Virus record (IMG/VR): IMGVR_UViG_3300033075_001896
Span: 27,918-91,917 of that record
Strand: one strand, 5' to 3'
DNA length: 64,000 bases
Source of the DNA: a virus
Taxonomy: Duplodnaviria > Caudoviricetes
The notes under the pieces were generated by a model. That model worked only from the letters and a program-made list of their open reading frames with translations. It was not told the origin of the DNA and searched no databases. Each line of letters opens with the position of its first letter. Position 1 is the first letter of the stretch. The translations under genes were made by a program, and so were the position numbers. This document shows, one piece after another, positions 54,169 through 62,722 of this stretch.

Positions 54169-54770
54169 AGGAGTCTCTCCCAGGTCTCGACCGGGACAAC
54201 GCCCGCACCTTCACAGGGCGTTCGCTCGCACCGGCCGTCGACGAGCGTGCGGGCGCGGTCGAGCGATCGTACCGCGGCGTGCTCGATCAGCCGCAGATAC
54301 CCGCGCTCGCCCACGTGGTATCGAGCGACGCGGAAGCGCGGGGCGCCGAGCGGGTACATCGACGCGGGCGCGCGTCGTCCCGCGTAGCATTCGAGGTCGT
54401 AGAGGCACCAGACCTCGCGCGTCGCGCGCGTCGGGGCAGGCTTTGTGCCGCGATTCAACCACTCCCGCGTGCGTCGAAGGTCGGGGTCGAGTTCGGACGG
54501 GTCGGCGGGAACGAGCATGTCCTCGACGTCGGGCGTGCGCGGGGCGTGGACGACGCGCACGTCGCCCGGTCCCGGCGTGAGCGTGCTCACGTAGGGGCGG
54601 CGCTCGTCGATCGCGTCGGCCATGGCGGTGTACGTCTCCAGCACCTCACGCTTCGTACGAAACTCGCCGTGCTCCGCCATCTCGCGGCGCTTGAGCGCAT
54701 CGAAGGTGTCCATGATGTGCGCGACGTCGCGCCCTCCAACGAGCGCGAGCTTCGGTCGGGGTTGGGCCAT
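54165..54770 (-). CDS. Protein whose N-terminus resembles the C-terminal tail of large N6-adenine R-M methyltransferases
   Basis: DVAHIMDTF...RE..EHGEFRTKREVLETY.AMA.AI...RPY.S.L.P.P.D.RV.H; AAAGGA SD. Confidence 0.55.
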   Translation of the reverse strand: MAQPRPKLALVGGRDVAHIMDTFDALKRREMAEHGEFRTKREVLETYTAMADAIDERRPYVSTLTPGPGDVRVVHAPRTPDVEDMLVPADPSELDPDLRRTREWLNRGTKPAPTRATREVWCLYDLECYAGRRAPASMYPLGAPRFRVARYHVGERGYLRLIEHAAVRSLDRARTLVDGRCERTPCEGAGVVPVETWERLL

Positions 54771-54802
54771 GGGCGGTGTCCTTTGTCCTTTCTGGGGAAG
54801 TC

Positions 54803-55453
54803 TCAGGCTGCAACGTCCTGGCCGAGGAAGGGCCCCGCGCCCCAGGACCACGCGCGGATCAAGAATTTGTTGGCCTCGTGGGGCGGGGGCGGCGGGCCGT
54901 TGCGCCACCGCTCGATGCGCCCGGTGAAGCCCGTCGCACTGAGATCTTTCGCCCGGCGCGAGAGGTGCTCGAGATCGAAGCCCGCGCGGGTGAGGGCGAT
55001 CCCGAGGCCGTTCCATCGCCAGTCTCGGGGCTTGCCGAGAAGGTTCCAGAGCTCATACGAAGCGCCCGAGGGCGAGACCCACAGGGGGTGGAGCGGGTCC
55101 TCGCGCACGCCGGGTTGTGGCGTCCACTCGTTGTCTTTTAGCCACGGCGTCCAGACGTGGCGCCAGAGCGCGCGCCAGTAGCCCCCGGCCTGGAGCCGCG
55201 TCTTCTTCTTGCGGAAGACGGCCGTGTGGAGTTCGAAACGGCCCGAGTAGGGGTTCCGACGGAACTCATGCGCGAGGTCGTAGCCCCACTGCCGGAGGAA
55301 GGTCTCGGGGTCGAGGATGAGCCGGTCGTCGAGCGCCGCGACGAAGAGAACGAGCGGATGACCGACGGCGTAGCAGTAGATCCCCGGCCACAGGCCGTGC
55401 GCGTCGAGGACGGGCGCTTCGATCACCTTGCGCGGGCGGGTCTCATCGCTCAT
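54803..55453 (-). CDS. Hypothetical Trp-rich protein
   Basis: GGGAGAG SD; coding-like composition. Confidence 0.55.
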   Translation of the reverse strand: MSDETRPRKVIEAPVLDAHGLWPGIYCYAVGHPLVLFVAALDDRLILDPETFLRQWGYDLAHEFRRNPYSGRFELHTAVFRKKKTRLQAGGYWRALWRHVWTPWLKDNEWTPQPGVREDPLHPLWVSPSGASYELWNLLGKPRDWRWNGLGIALTRAGFDLEHLSRRAKDLSATGFTGRIERWRNGPPPPPHEANKFLIRAWSWGAGPFLGQDVAA

Positions 55454-56156
55454 GGGTCTCTCCCTCGGTGTCTTCATCGGTGGGGGCGTGCAGGGCGAGG
55501 ACCTCGGCGCCGTCGACGAAGTCGCGGACGAAGGCCGCGCAGAGGGCGGCCACGAGGAGGTCGTCGTCGCCGTCGAACTCCAGCGGCGTGACGGTCGTGA
55601 GGACGCCGCGGAGCATCACGGTGCAGCCGTGCGGGGAGGTCACGGTGTCGATCCAGGCCCACACGTCGCCGAGCTCGGTCTCGATGCGCCACGGGCGCGG
55701 AACGGCGCGGTGGATCGCGCTCACGCGCCCTTCTCGACGGGCGTCAGGCTCACGAGGAGGTAGCGCCACACCGAACAGTGCGTGCCCGCGTAGCGGCGGT
55801 TGAGGACGACGTCCACCGCGACGCGCGCGCCCTTTCGCCCGCGCGGGGGGGTGAGCCGTCGCATGACGCTTCCGCGCTTCGAGAACGGACGCGCGGACGT
55901 GCTCCGCCGAGGGTGGCGTGTCGGTGCGGCCGACAAGCCAGTCGAGGCTACAGCCCAACGTCTCCGCCCACGCCACCGCGACGGCGAGCGAGGGGTTTGG
56001 CCTCGCCCCAGACACGAGACCCGCCGCGAGCGAAGCGGCGTTCCCTGCGAGGCGATCGAGCTCCCGCAGGGACAGGTCCTCCGCGAGAACAACGGCTTCT
56101 GCGAGACGCTCTCGGAGCAACACGGCGAACGTGGGGTGAGCTTTCTCGTCGTTCAT
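55443..56156 (-). CDS. XRE-family HTH protein (3' part may be separate small genes)
   Basis: LSLRELDRLAG...NPSLAVAVAWAETLGCSLDWLVG. Confidence 0.65.
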   Translation of the reverse strand: MNDEKAHPTFAVLLRERLAEAVVLAEDLSLRELDRLAGNAASLAAGLVSGARPNPSLAVAVAWAETLGCSLDWLVGRTDTPPSAEHVRASVLEARKRHATAHPPARAKGRARRGGRRPQPPLRGHALFGVALPPREPDARREGRVSAIHRAVPRPWRIETELGDVWAWIDTVTSPHGCTVMLRGVLTTVTPLEFDGDDDLLVAALCAAFVRDFVDGAEVLALHAPTDEDTEGETHER

Positions 56157-56914
56157 CAGTCCTCTCCGTCAGTTCCACGTGCCGCGGATACCCCGGACGT
56201 GAGCGGAGTGACGTCCGGGGAGGAAGCGGCCCCAGAAGCGGGCGAGAGTGCGTCGAGCGCCGCCAGCGCCCCCACGAGCGCCGTCCGTTCCGCGGCGACC
56301 GAGTTCGTCCAGTCCGGTCCCGCCGCGGCCATCTGCGACACGAGTGCGAGGGCGCAGCGCTGCGCCTCGACGACCGCGCGCCATCGCGCCGGGTCGATCC
56401 ACGGGCGCGGGACGTCGGCGACCTCCATGCGGACGCGGTAGCGCTTCTCCATCACGTCGCGCAGGTCGTTTTGACGTGCCAGGACATCCCTATCTGCGGC
56501 GCGCGCCGCCGTGATCGCCGGGTCGAGCCCGGCGTACGCGGTGAGCCACCGCGCTTCTGCCGCACGCAACGCCTGCGTACAACGCTCGATCTCAGCCTCC
56601 CACGCCGCGCGGTCGGTCCACTGATCCAGTCGCGGGTCCCCGCCGATGGCGATGCGCTCGACGCGCGGCATTGCCAACGGCTGCGTCGTGGACTCCTGCG
56701 CGGTGTCCCCGGCCGGCGGTGGCGGGGCAGGCTCGGTCGCGGGCTGCACGTGGAGCTCAGGCGCGCACTTCGGGCAGTAGCACTCACCGAGCTCTGCGCG
56801 CGCGCGGTTGTGACGCACGGTGGGGCGGGGGGCCGAAGCCCCCGGCTTCTTGCCGGGGGAGCTGTTCACACCGAACGCGAGAGCACGGAGCGGGCCACGG
56901 TTGCCCCCCTCCAC
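56156..56914 (-). CDS. Hypothetical protein (Zn motif plus coiled coil)
   Basis: CYCPKC; helical C-terminus; start uncertain. Confidence 0.45.
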   Translation of the reverse strand: MEGGNRGPLRALAFGVNSSPGKKPGASAPRPTVRHNRARAELGECYCPKCAPELHVQPATEPAPPPPAGDTAQESTTQPLAMPRVERIAIGGDPRLDQWTDRAAWEAEIERCTQALRAAEARWLTAYAGLDPAITAARAADRDVLARQNDLRDVMEKRYRVRMEVADVPRPWIDPARWRAVVEAQRCALALVSQMAAAGPDWTNSVAAERTALVGALAALDALSPASGAASSPDVTPLTSGVSAARGTDGED

Positions 56915-56915
56915 C

Positions 56916-56983
56916 GCTCCGTTCTTTCGCTTCGTGTGTCCGAAAACGCGGGTTTGAACCCGACGCGACCGAAAGAACGGAGC
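56916..56983 (-). other. Long stem-loop directly after the terminase stop
   Basis: 14-bp perfect stem GCTCCGTTCTTTCG / CGAAAGAACGGAGC. Confidence 0.7.
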
Positions 56984-56984
56984 A

Positions 56985-58763
56985 TCAAGGCGGGGCGTTG
57001 AGGGTGATCACCCGACTGGTGCTCTTCTTCGCCGCGAGCTTCTTCTCGGTGAGGAGGATCCACCGACGGACCCACACCTCCGAGATCCAGTGGCAAAGCA
57101 CGGTGTCGTCGTGGGGCTCGGTCCCGAGGCCGTGCAGCTCCTTCACCAGCTCGTCCACGAGGGCGCGGGCGTCTTCCTCGTCGGCGCGGAGGTCGGACGC
57201 GCGGCCGTAGGGCAGGACCACCTTCCCGAACTCGTAGAGGCTCGACATGCCCGGCACGCCCTCGTAGAGGTTGTGCTTCTTCTTGTCGGTGGTGTGGCCG
57301 ACGATCGGGAGGTCCTTCGTGCGGCGCAGGCCGATCTCGTAGAGCTTCCCGAAGGCGTTGTTCTCGACGACGATCGCGGCGCGCTGCGGGAAGCGCGCGG
57401 CCTCTTCGAGGATGAGCGCCGTGATCTGCCCCGGCGTGAGCCCCCGGCGGCGGACCATGCGGAGGAGCACGCGCTCCTGCGTCTTCCAGCGCAGCCCCCA
57501 GGTCATGCCCACGGTGTAGTCCGAGTCCTGCTCCTCGGCCTTCTCCGCGTCATCGACGAGGGCGAAGTCCCACGTCTGCCAAATGACCGCGAACTCCTCG
57601 GTGAGGGGGTGCGGGCGGTCGGCGTCGACGTCCCACCCCTCGCGCAAGAACCCGCGCGTCGCGCCGCGGGCCTTCGCCGCCTTGAGCCAGTCCGCGCGGA
57701 AGGCCGCCGCCGAATCGTCGGTGACCTGGTTCTGGTACTCGCGGGCGAAGAGGAAGCTCCCGATGCTCCGCCAGACGAGAAGCATCTTCTCGATCGGCCA
57801 CTTCTCGGGCCAGAGGGTCTTCCCTCCGGCGTCGGCGGGGACGTGCGCGCCGCGGACGACCTCCTTGCCCGAGGCGTCGACCGTGACGTCCCAGGTGACC
57901 CGCGTGAGGTCGGGCCACTCCAGAATGGCCTCGGTCTGGATCGTGGCGAAGGTCGGGTCGTCGAGAAGGTCCTGGTAGGTGTCGTCGCTGTGCTTGCGCG
58001 TGCCGATGGCGACCACGGAGCCCCCGTCGTCGAGCATCGGGAGCACGGTGCCCTTGAGCCAGTGCTTCGTCTTGCGCCGCCGGCGGGCGTTCGCGACCGT
58101 CGTCTCGTCGTCGATGTCGTCGAGGATGATGAGGTCGTACCGGCCGCCCGTGATCGACGACCCGACGCCCACGGCCTTCACCGTGCCGTCGCGGAGGTTC
58201 TTCGAGCGGCGGACGCAGATGGAGGACTTGCCCCACCGCCCCTTCGAGCGGAGCGTCCCGCCCTCCTCGGGCACCTCCCAATCGACCTTGATGCGGGGGT
58301 TCTCTTCGAGGTCGTGCTTGATCATCGCGAGCGAGTCGCGGGCCGACTCGGCGCTCTTGCAGACGATCAGGATGCGGACGTTGCGGTTGGTGAGGATGCG
58401 GTGCAGCGCCAACACCCGCGCGACGACGTGCGTCTTGCCGTGCGAGCGGGGGGCGAGGAAGACGATGCGCTTCTCCTCGTCGAAGCGCCGATACCAGTCG
58501 CGGTGACAATCGGGCGTGGCGAGCCCGAGGTAGTGGTAGGCGAGCCACGTGAGCCCGCGACCGCCCCCGAGGCGCGTCAGGGCGCGGCGGCCCTGCGGGG
58601 TCGCGACGAGGGCGCGGGCCTGGATCTCGGCGAGCTCGCGGGCGTTGTCGTTGGCGGAGCGGGGCGGGAGCGGCGAGGCCGCGGGGGCCGCGCGTCGTCG
58701 GGTGCGCGTGCGGGGTCGGCGGGTCGGGGAGGCAGGCGAAGTACTCGCCCCCGCGGAGCTCAT
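56985..58763 (-). CDS. terL: Terminase large subunit
   Basis: APRSHGKT Walker A, ITGGRYDLIILDD Walker B, IGTRKHSDD, FAREYQN, nuclease WDFA...DYT...HDD. Confidence 0.95.
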   Translation of the reverse strand: MSSAGASTSPASPTRRPRTRTRRRAAPAASPLPPRSANDNARELAEIQARALVATPQGRRALTRLGGGRGLTWLAYHYLGLATPDCHRDWYRRFDEEKRIVFLAPRSHGKTHVVARVLALHRILTNRNVRILIVCKSAESARDSLAMIKHDLEENPRIKVDWEVPEEGGTLRSKGRWGKSSICVRRSKNLRDGTVKAVGVGSSITGGRYDLIILDDIDDETTVANARRRRKTKHWLKGTVLPMLDDGGSVVAIGTRKHSDDTYQDLLDDPTFATIQTEAILEWPDLTRVTWDVTVDASGKEVVRGAHVPADAGGKTLWPEKWPIEKMLLVWRSIGSFLFAREYQNQVTDDSAAAFRADWLKAAKARGATRGFLREGWDVDADRPHPLTEEFAVIWQTWDFALVDDAEKAEEQDSDYTVGMTWGLRWKTQERVLLRMVRRRGLTPGQITALILEEAARFPQRAAIVVENNAFGKLYEIGLRRTKDLPIVGHTTDKKKHNLYEGVPGMSSLYEFGKVVLPYGRASDLRADEEDARALVDELVKELHGLGTEPHDDTVLCHWISEVWVRRWILLTEKKLAAKKSTSRVITLNAPP

Positions 58764-59482
58764 CCGCCGTCCTTCTTCGGGGCCTTGTTGCGCTCGGCGA
58801 TCGTGTCCACGACGGCGAACATCACCTCGGCGGGGAGCGAGGGTTCCGTGGCCGGGACGGCCGTCGACACCGGGGACTCCTCGCGGTTGTGGCCGCCGGA
58901 GCCGGGGAGGGCCTGCGACGGGGCGACGCCGTAGATCGCGCGGAGCGTGTCGTAGAGGGTCCGCTGCGCGTTCGACAGCTCCAGCACGGTCCTCGACGGC
59001 ACCGGGCGGCGGGGCTTCGGGATCTTCGGGGCGGCGCTCGGGTCGGGCGACGCTTCGGGCTCCGTCGGGACGAGCGGCTCACTCACGTCCGCGAAGGGGC
59101 TCTTGTCGGGCGAGGCGGGCAGGAGCTCCCGGTAGAAGCGGACGGTGTACTCGATCTCGGCGAGGAGGAGCGTGGTGTTCGCGACCACCTGTGCCCCCGC
59201 GTTTCCCAGGACTTCAGCCGCGTTTTGCACGTACGCCTGGCTCTGCCGGGCGACGTCGTCGCGCAGGGTGTGCTTCCACGCCTCGCGCTTCGAGGACCAC
59301 TGGTGGCGCAGGGCCCGGTCGCGGACGGTGCGGTGGAGGACCTTGAAGCGGGTGGCGAGGTCCTGGGTGGAGGGCCAGGAGCGCTCGGTGACCTTGGTCG
59401 CGTCCGGGGGGATCTCCCCCTGGACGTAGAGGCGCTCCAGCTCCTCCCACGGGGTGTCTCGGCGTCGGGGCGTCTTCGCCAC
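58760..59482 (-). CDS. terS: Terminase small subunit
   Basis: WEELERLYVQG...DLATRFKV..RTVRDRA...W HTH; directly upstream of terL. Confidence 0.75.
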   Translation of the reverse strand: MAKTPRRRDTPWEELERLYVQGEIPPDATKVTERSWPSTQDLATRFKVLHRTVRDRALRHQWSSKREAWKHTLRDDVARQSQAYVQNAAEVLGNAGAQVVANTTLLLAEIEYTVRFYRELLPASPDKSPFADVSEPLVPTEPEASPDPSAAPKIPKPRRPVPSRTVLELSNAQRTLYDTLRAIYGVAPSQALPGSGGHNREESPVSTAVPATEPSLPAEVMFAVVDTIAERNKAPKKDGG

Positions 59483-59871
59483 GTCCCTTCCGGCGCGTCA
59501 ACGCGGCACCGGATTGACGGGGTTCAGGGGTCGCGCCGGAGGTCTTCCGCGGCGGCGATCCAGGCGTCCTGTGCGGCGAAGGGGAGGGCGGACCAGGGAA
59601 GGGGGGCGGGGGACTCGGCGCCGTAGGTGCGGGTGAGGGCGCGGCTGTAGGCTTCGAAGGCGCGACGGGCGCGGCGTTCGAGGCGGGCGCGCGCGCAGCG
59701 AAGGGCCGACTCGCGGTCGAGGTGCTGGCAGGCGCAGATCGCCCAACGGTTGCCGTCACGGTCGACGAGGTCGGCACCCCACGCGGCGCGACCGAGCTCC
59801 ACCGGGACGGGCGTGAGGGAGGGGTCGGGCTGGACGATCGGGGGCGACGGGAGCACGGCGCCGAGCGGGGG

Positions 59872-60225
59872 TCAGGGGACGGCCGGGAAGAGCATCATGC
59901 GGAGGGCGAAGGAACTCGCCGCGCGCACCGAGGGCCACCCGCAGTAGGCGCCCGCGTAGGTCGGGGTCGCGAGGCGGGGCGTGGGGTTGAGCGGGGTGTT
60001 CGCCGGGATGCGCACGCCCTTGTCGCCCGTGGCCGGGGACGGCTTGAACGTGAGCTCGTACGCCGCCGAGGCGCCCTCGATGAGGAGGGCGTAGCTCATG
60101 CCCTGGAACTCCGCGGGGGGCGTGATCGTCGTCCACGTGGTCGGGTCGGCGTCGGTCGTGACCTCGACGACGAGCGGGTAGGGGGGCGCCTGAGCTTCGC
60201 GGGCGTTGTCCTCGTAGTTCGGCAT
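59872..60225 (-). CDS. Small beta-rich protein, probable virion component
   Basis: Preceded by the TGAC motif. Confidence 0.5.
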   Translation of the reverse strand: MPNYEDNAREAQAPPYPLVVEVTTDADPTTWTTITPPAEFQGMSYALLIEGASAAYELTFKPSPATGDKGVRIPANTPLNPTPRLATPTYAGAYCGWPSVRAASSFALRMMLFPAVP

Positions 60226-60338
60226 GGCGCCCCTTCGAGGGGGTCACCCGCGGCGAGTACTTTCGAAGGCGATGGCGCCGGAGGGTCGATCGTGTGTAGC
60301 GTGGGCGTCGGCCTGGGAGAGGACCCGGGCCGAAGGAG

Positions 60339-61031
60339 ATGTTCATGCAGCAGCAACCGCCGGGTTGGGGACCGCCGCAGGGCTATGGTCCCCCGGGGTA
60401 TCCGCCCCAGGGTTATCCACCGCCGGGGTATCCGCCGCCGACGCCGCCGCGGAAGAAGACGCCTGTGGCGTTGATCGCGGTCGGGGCGCTCGTCGGGGTT
60501 TGTGGGGTGTGCACGGTGATCGGGGCCCTCGTCCCGAAACCACCCGCCCCACCTCCGACACCCACGACCACGACGCAAGCCGTGGCCCCCGATCCGGCGC
60601 CGACTCCCTCGGCGCCGAGCGTCCCGAACCCACCCACGCCCCCCGCGGCGCCGCAAGCCGTGGCGCCGACCGAGCAAGACGGGCGGCAGTTCATCCCGCA
60701 GACGTGCGCCGAGGTCTCGCACCTCTTTGGGGCGCAGTCCGAGCTCAGTGAGTTGCAGCAAGAGGAGACGTGGCGCCAATATGACGGGCGGTGGGTGCGC
60801 TGGCGCGTGAAGGTGGTCGAGGTCGGGGAGACGCTCGGCACGCTCCAGCTCCAGTTCAAGTGCACGCGGGAGGTGCTCGTGTCGGACGGGATCGCGTCGT
60901 TCGAAGACGACCAGCGGGCGCGACTTCTGGCCGTGAGGACCGGCCGCACCATCGAGATCGTCGCCCGCCTGGAGGATCACGGGCGGCTCCTCGGACTCTC
61001 CCTGCGGGACGCCTCGATCGTCGGGCCCTGA
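60339..61031 (+). CDS. Membrane-anchored Pro-rich protein with OB-fold-like C-terminus
   Basis: (G)YPPxG repeats, one TM, YDGRWVRWRVKVVEV...G.TIEIVARL; AAGGAG SD. Confidence 0.7.
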   Translation: MFMQQQPPGWGPPQGYGPPGYPPQGYPPPGYPPPTPPRKKTPVALIAVGALVGVCGVCTVIGALVPKPPAPPPTPTTTTQAVAPDPAPTPSAPSVPNPPTPPAAPQAVAPTEQDGRQFIPQTCAEVSHLFGAQSELSELQQEETWRQYDGRWVRWRVKVVEVGETLGTLQLQFKCTREVLVSDGIASFEDDQRARLLAVRTGRTIEIVARLEDHGRLLGLSLRDASIVGP

Positions 61032-61484
61032 TCAGGCGTCGAGACCCCAGAGGCGCCGGAGCTGCGTCTCGGTCTCCACCGCGTCCACGACGAGGTACTT
61101 GCGCGGGTTGGCGCGCTCGACCACGACCATCCACCCGGAACCCTGCGCCCGCATCGCCGCGCGACCCGCGTCGGCGGCCTCGTCGCGCGTCGCCGCGTCG
61201 CCGTGGTCGCGCTCGATGACCCATCGATAGGGGAGCGCCGCGGGGTCGGTCGCCGCGCGCAGTTCCCCGGGCCTGTAGTAGTTCACGCACCCGAGGCCGC
61301 GCACGCCTACGCTGCCATAGGTCGAGACGGACACGACCTCCGACACGCGGAAGTCGACGTTGAGCCACGGCTGGAGGAGATGGGGCCCGAGATAGCGAGG
61401 CTCGACGCGAGACCCGATCAAGAACAGGTACGGGGCCGTCGCGCAGCGGGTCGTCTTCGAGCGAGTCGTCTGGCAGGTCGTCAT
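61032..61484 (-). CDS. Hypothetical protein
   Basis: AAAGGA SD. Confidence 0.5.
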   Translation of the reverse strand: MTTCQTTRSKTTRCATAPYLFLIGSRVEPRYLGPHLLQPWLNVDFRVSEVVSVSTYGSVGVRGLGCVNYYRPGELRAATDPAALPYRWVIERDHGDAATRDEAADAGRAAMRAQGSGWMVVVERANPRKYLVVDAVETETQLRRLWGLDA

Positions 61485-61500
61485 CGGCGTGTCCTTTCAA

Positions 61501-61948
61501 GGGCACGAGGGGAGCGCCCGAAGGCGCCCCCGTGCCCCGGTGTGGGTTCAGTGGCGTGTGGTCGCGCGGTCCTTGAAGAGAAGGTCGCCCGCGTCCGCCG
61601 CGGTCATGCCGAAGTCCACCATGCGGGCGACCGTGAGCATCCGCGCGGCGTCAAAGCAGTCCTCGAACTCCGAGGCGTGCTTCTTCCACGAGTTCACCGC
61701 GTGGTTCTGGTGGCGCATGGTGCGCATGTGCGCGGCCCACCCTTCGAGGCGCCAACGCTCCTCGGGGCCGTGCGCGGCGACCGCGATGGAGAGCACGGTG
61801 TCCATCGTGGGGGTCGTGGACGAGGGAACGGGCGCGGGGGTCGTGGTGTTCTTCGTGGTGGTCTTCATGGTTCGTTCTCCGTGGTGGGTTGAAAGAGGCC
61901 CCGGAGGGGCGCCCGAAGGCGCCCCCCATCGGCCCGTGTGGGTTCAGT
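61501..61948 (-). repeat. Two copies of a stop-ACCCACAC-hairpin(cUUCGg) module (61501-61552; 61898-61948)
   Basis: Shared GCGCCCGAAGGCGCCCCC and GTGTGGGTTCAGT. Confidence 0.8.
61548..61868 (-). CDS. Hypothetical early protein
   Basis: GGAG SD; lies between the repeat modules. Confidence 0.6.
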   Translation of the reverse strand: MKTTTKNTTTPAPVPSSTTPTMDTVLSIAVAAHGPEERWRLEGWAAHMRTMRHQNHAVNSWKKHASEFEDCFDAARMLTVARMVDFGMTAADAGDLLFKDRATTRH

Positions 61949-62282
61949 CGTCGTACCCGACGCCCGGGTAATCGTCGTACCCGGTGTCATAGCCGTCGTC
62001 GTCGGAAGCCCCCGTGTAGGGGTTATAGCCCTCGTCGCTGTCGATGTCGTAAGGCTCCTCGTCGTAGTCCGCGTCACAGGGGTTGTCGTCATCGAGCCCC
62101 ATCGGCGTATCCGCCTCCATCGCCGCCTCGCGCGCCTCGTCCACCGAGACCTCTTCGGAGAGCACGAGGCCGAGGCCGCAGCCCGCGCAGGTGCCCGTGC
62201 CCTCGCCGGGGGCGAACTCGTGGTCGGTCCCGCAGATGCAGGTGAGCGTGATCGGAGCGATGAGGTTGGTGTTGGTGGTCAT
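61944..62282 (-). CDS. Zn-ribbon protein with highly acidic, Tyr-rich tail
   Basis: CICG...CAGC; DDDNPCDADYDEEPYDIDSDEGY... Confidence 0.65.
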   Translation of the reverse strand: MTTNTNLIAPITLTCICGTDHEFAPGEGTGTCAGCGLGLVLSEEVSVDEAREAAMEADTPMGLDDDNPCDADYDEEPYDIDSDEGYNPYTGASDDDGYDTGYDDYPGVGYDD

Positions 62283-62325
62283 CTCGGTTTCCCTTGCCCT
62301 TTCTGTCTATAAAGTACGTAACGAA

Positions 62326-62339
62326 GTAACTATAGTTAC
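62326..62339. promoter_or_regulatory. Perfect 14-bp palindrome in an AT-rich divergent control region (operator)
   Basis: GTAACTATAGTTAC. Confidence 0.75.
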
Positions 62340-62368
62340 ACGTAAGACGACACGAAAGGACGGGAGTC

Positions 62369-62722
62369 ATGCCGATTGAGACGCTCTCCGCCGACACCGC
62401 CGAGGTGCGGCTCCTCCAGGCCGCGCCGCAGATGCCCGAGGCCCTGCGGCGCGCGGTCGTGCGCGCCCTCTACCGCCGCGCGTACGCCTTCCTCGACACC
62501 GAGACGGGGGAGGTCACGGTCTCGCCCGCGGGCCACCGCGCCGCCTCGAACGCGCTCGCGGGCGAGGGCTTCACGAAGCGCACGCGCGGGGGCGTCGCGT
62601 ACGTGTGGACGCCCCCGAAGCCCACCCTCGAAGAGCTCCAGGCCGCCGACGCGAAGCGCGCCGAGCTCCAGGCGTGGCTCCGCGACTATCTCGCCCGCGC
62701 GGGGCAGGACGTGCCACGATGA
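62369..62722 (+). CDS. Hypothetical protein
   Basis: AAAGGA/GGGAG SD. Confidence 0.55.
   Translation: MPIETLSADTAEVRLLQAAPQMPEALRRAVVRALYRRAYAFLDTETGEVTVSPAGHRAASNALAGEGFTKRTRGGVAYVWTPPKPTLEELQAADAKRAELQAWLRDYLARAGQDVPR

Noticed and set aside
56949-56962. GGGTTCAAACCC on the minus strand as a tRNA T-arm
   Set aside because: No D-arm, anticodon arm or acceptor stem; it is an inner hairpin of a larger stem
13694-60245. Recurrent TGAC motif read as a CRISPR or integron attC array
   Set aside because: Copies are degenerate, dispersed, non-palindromic and fixed relative to start codons; no cas or integron integrase genes
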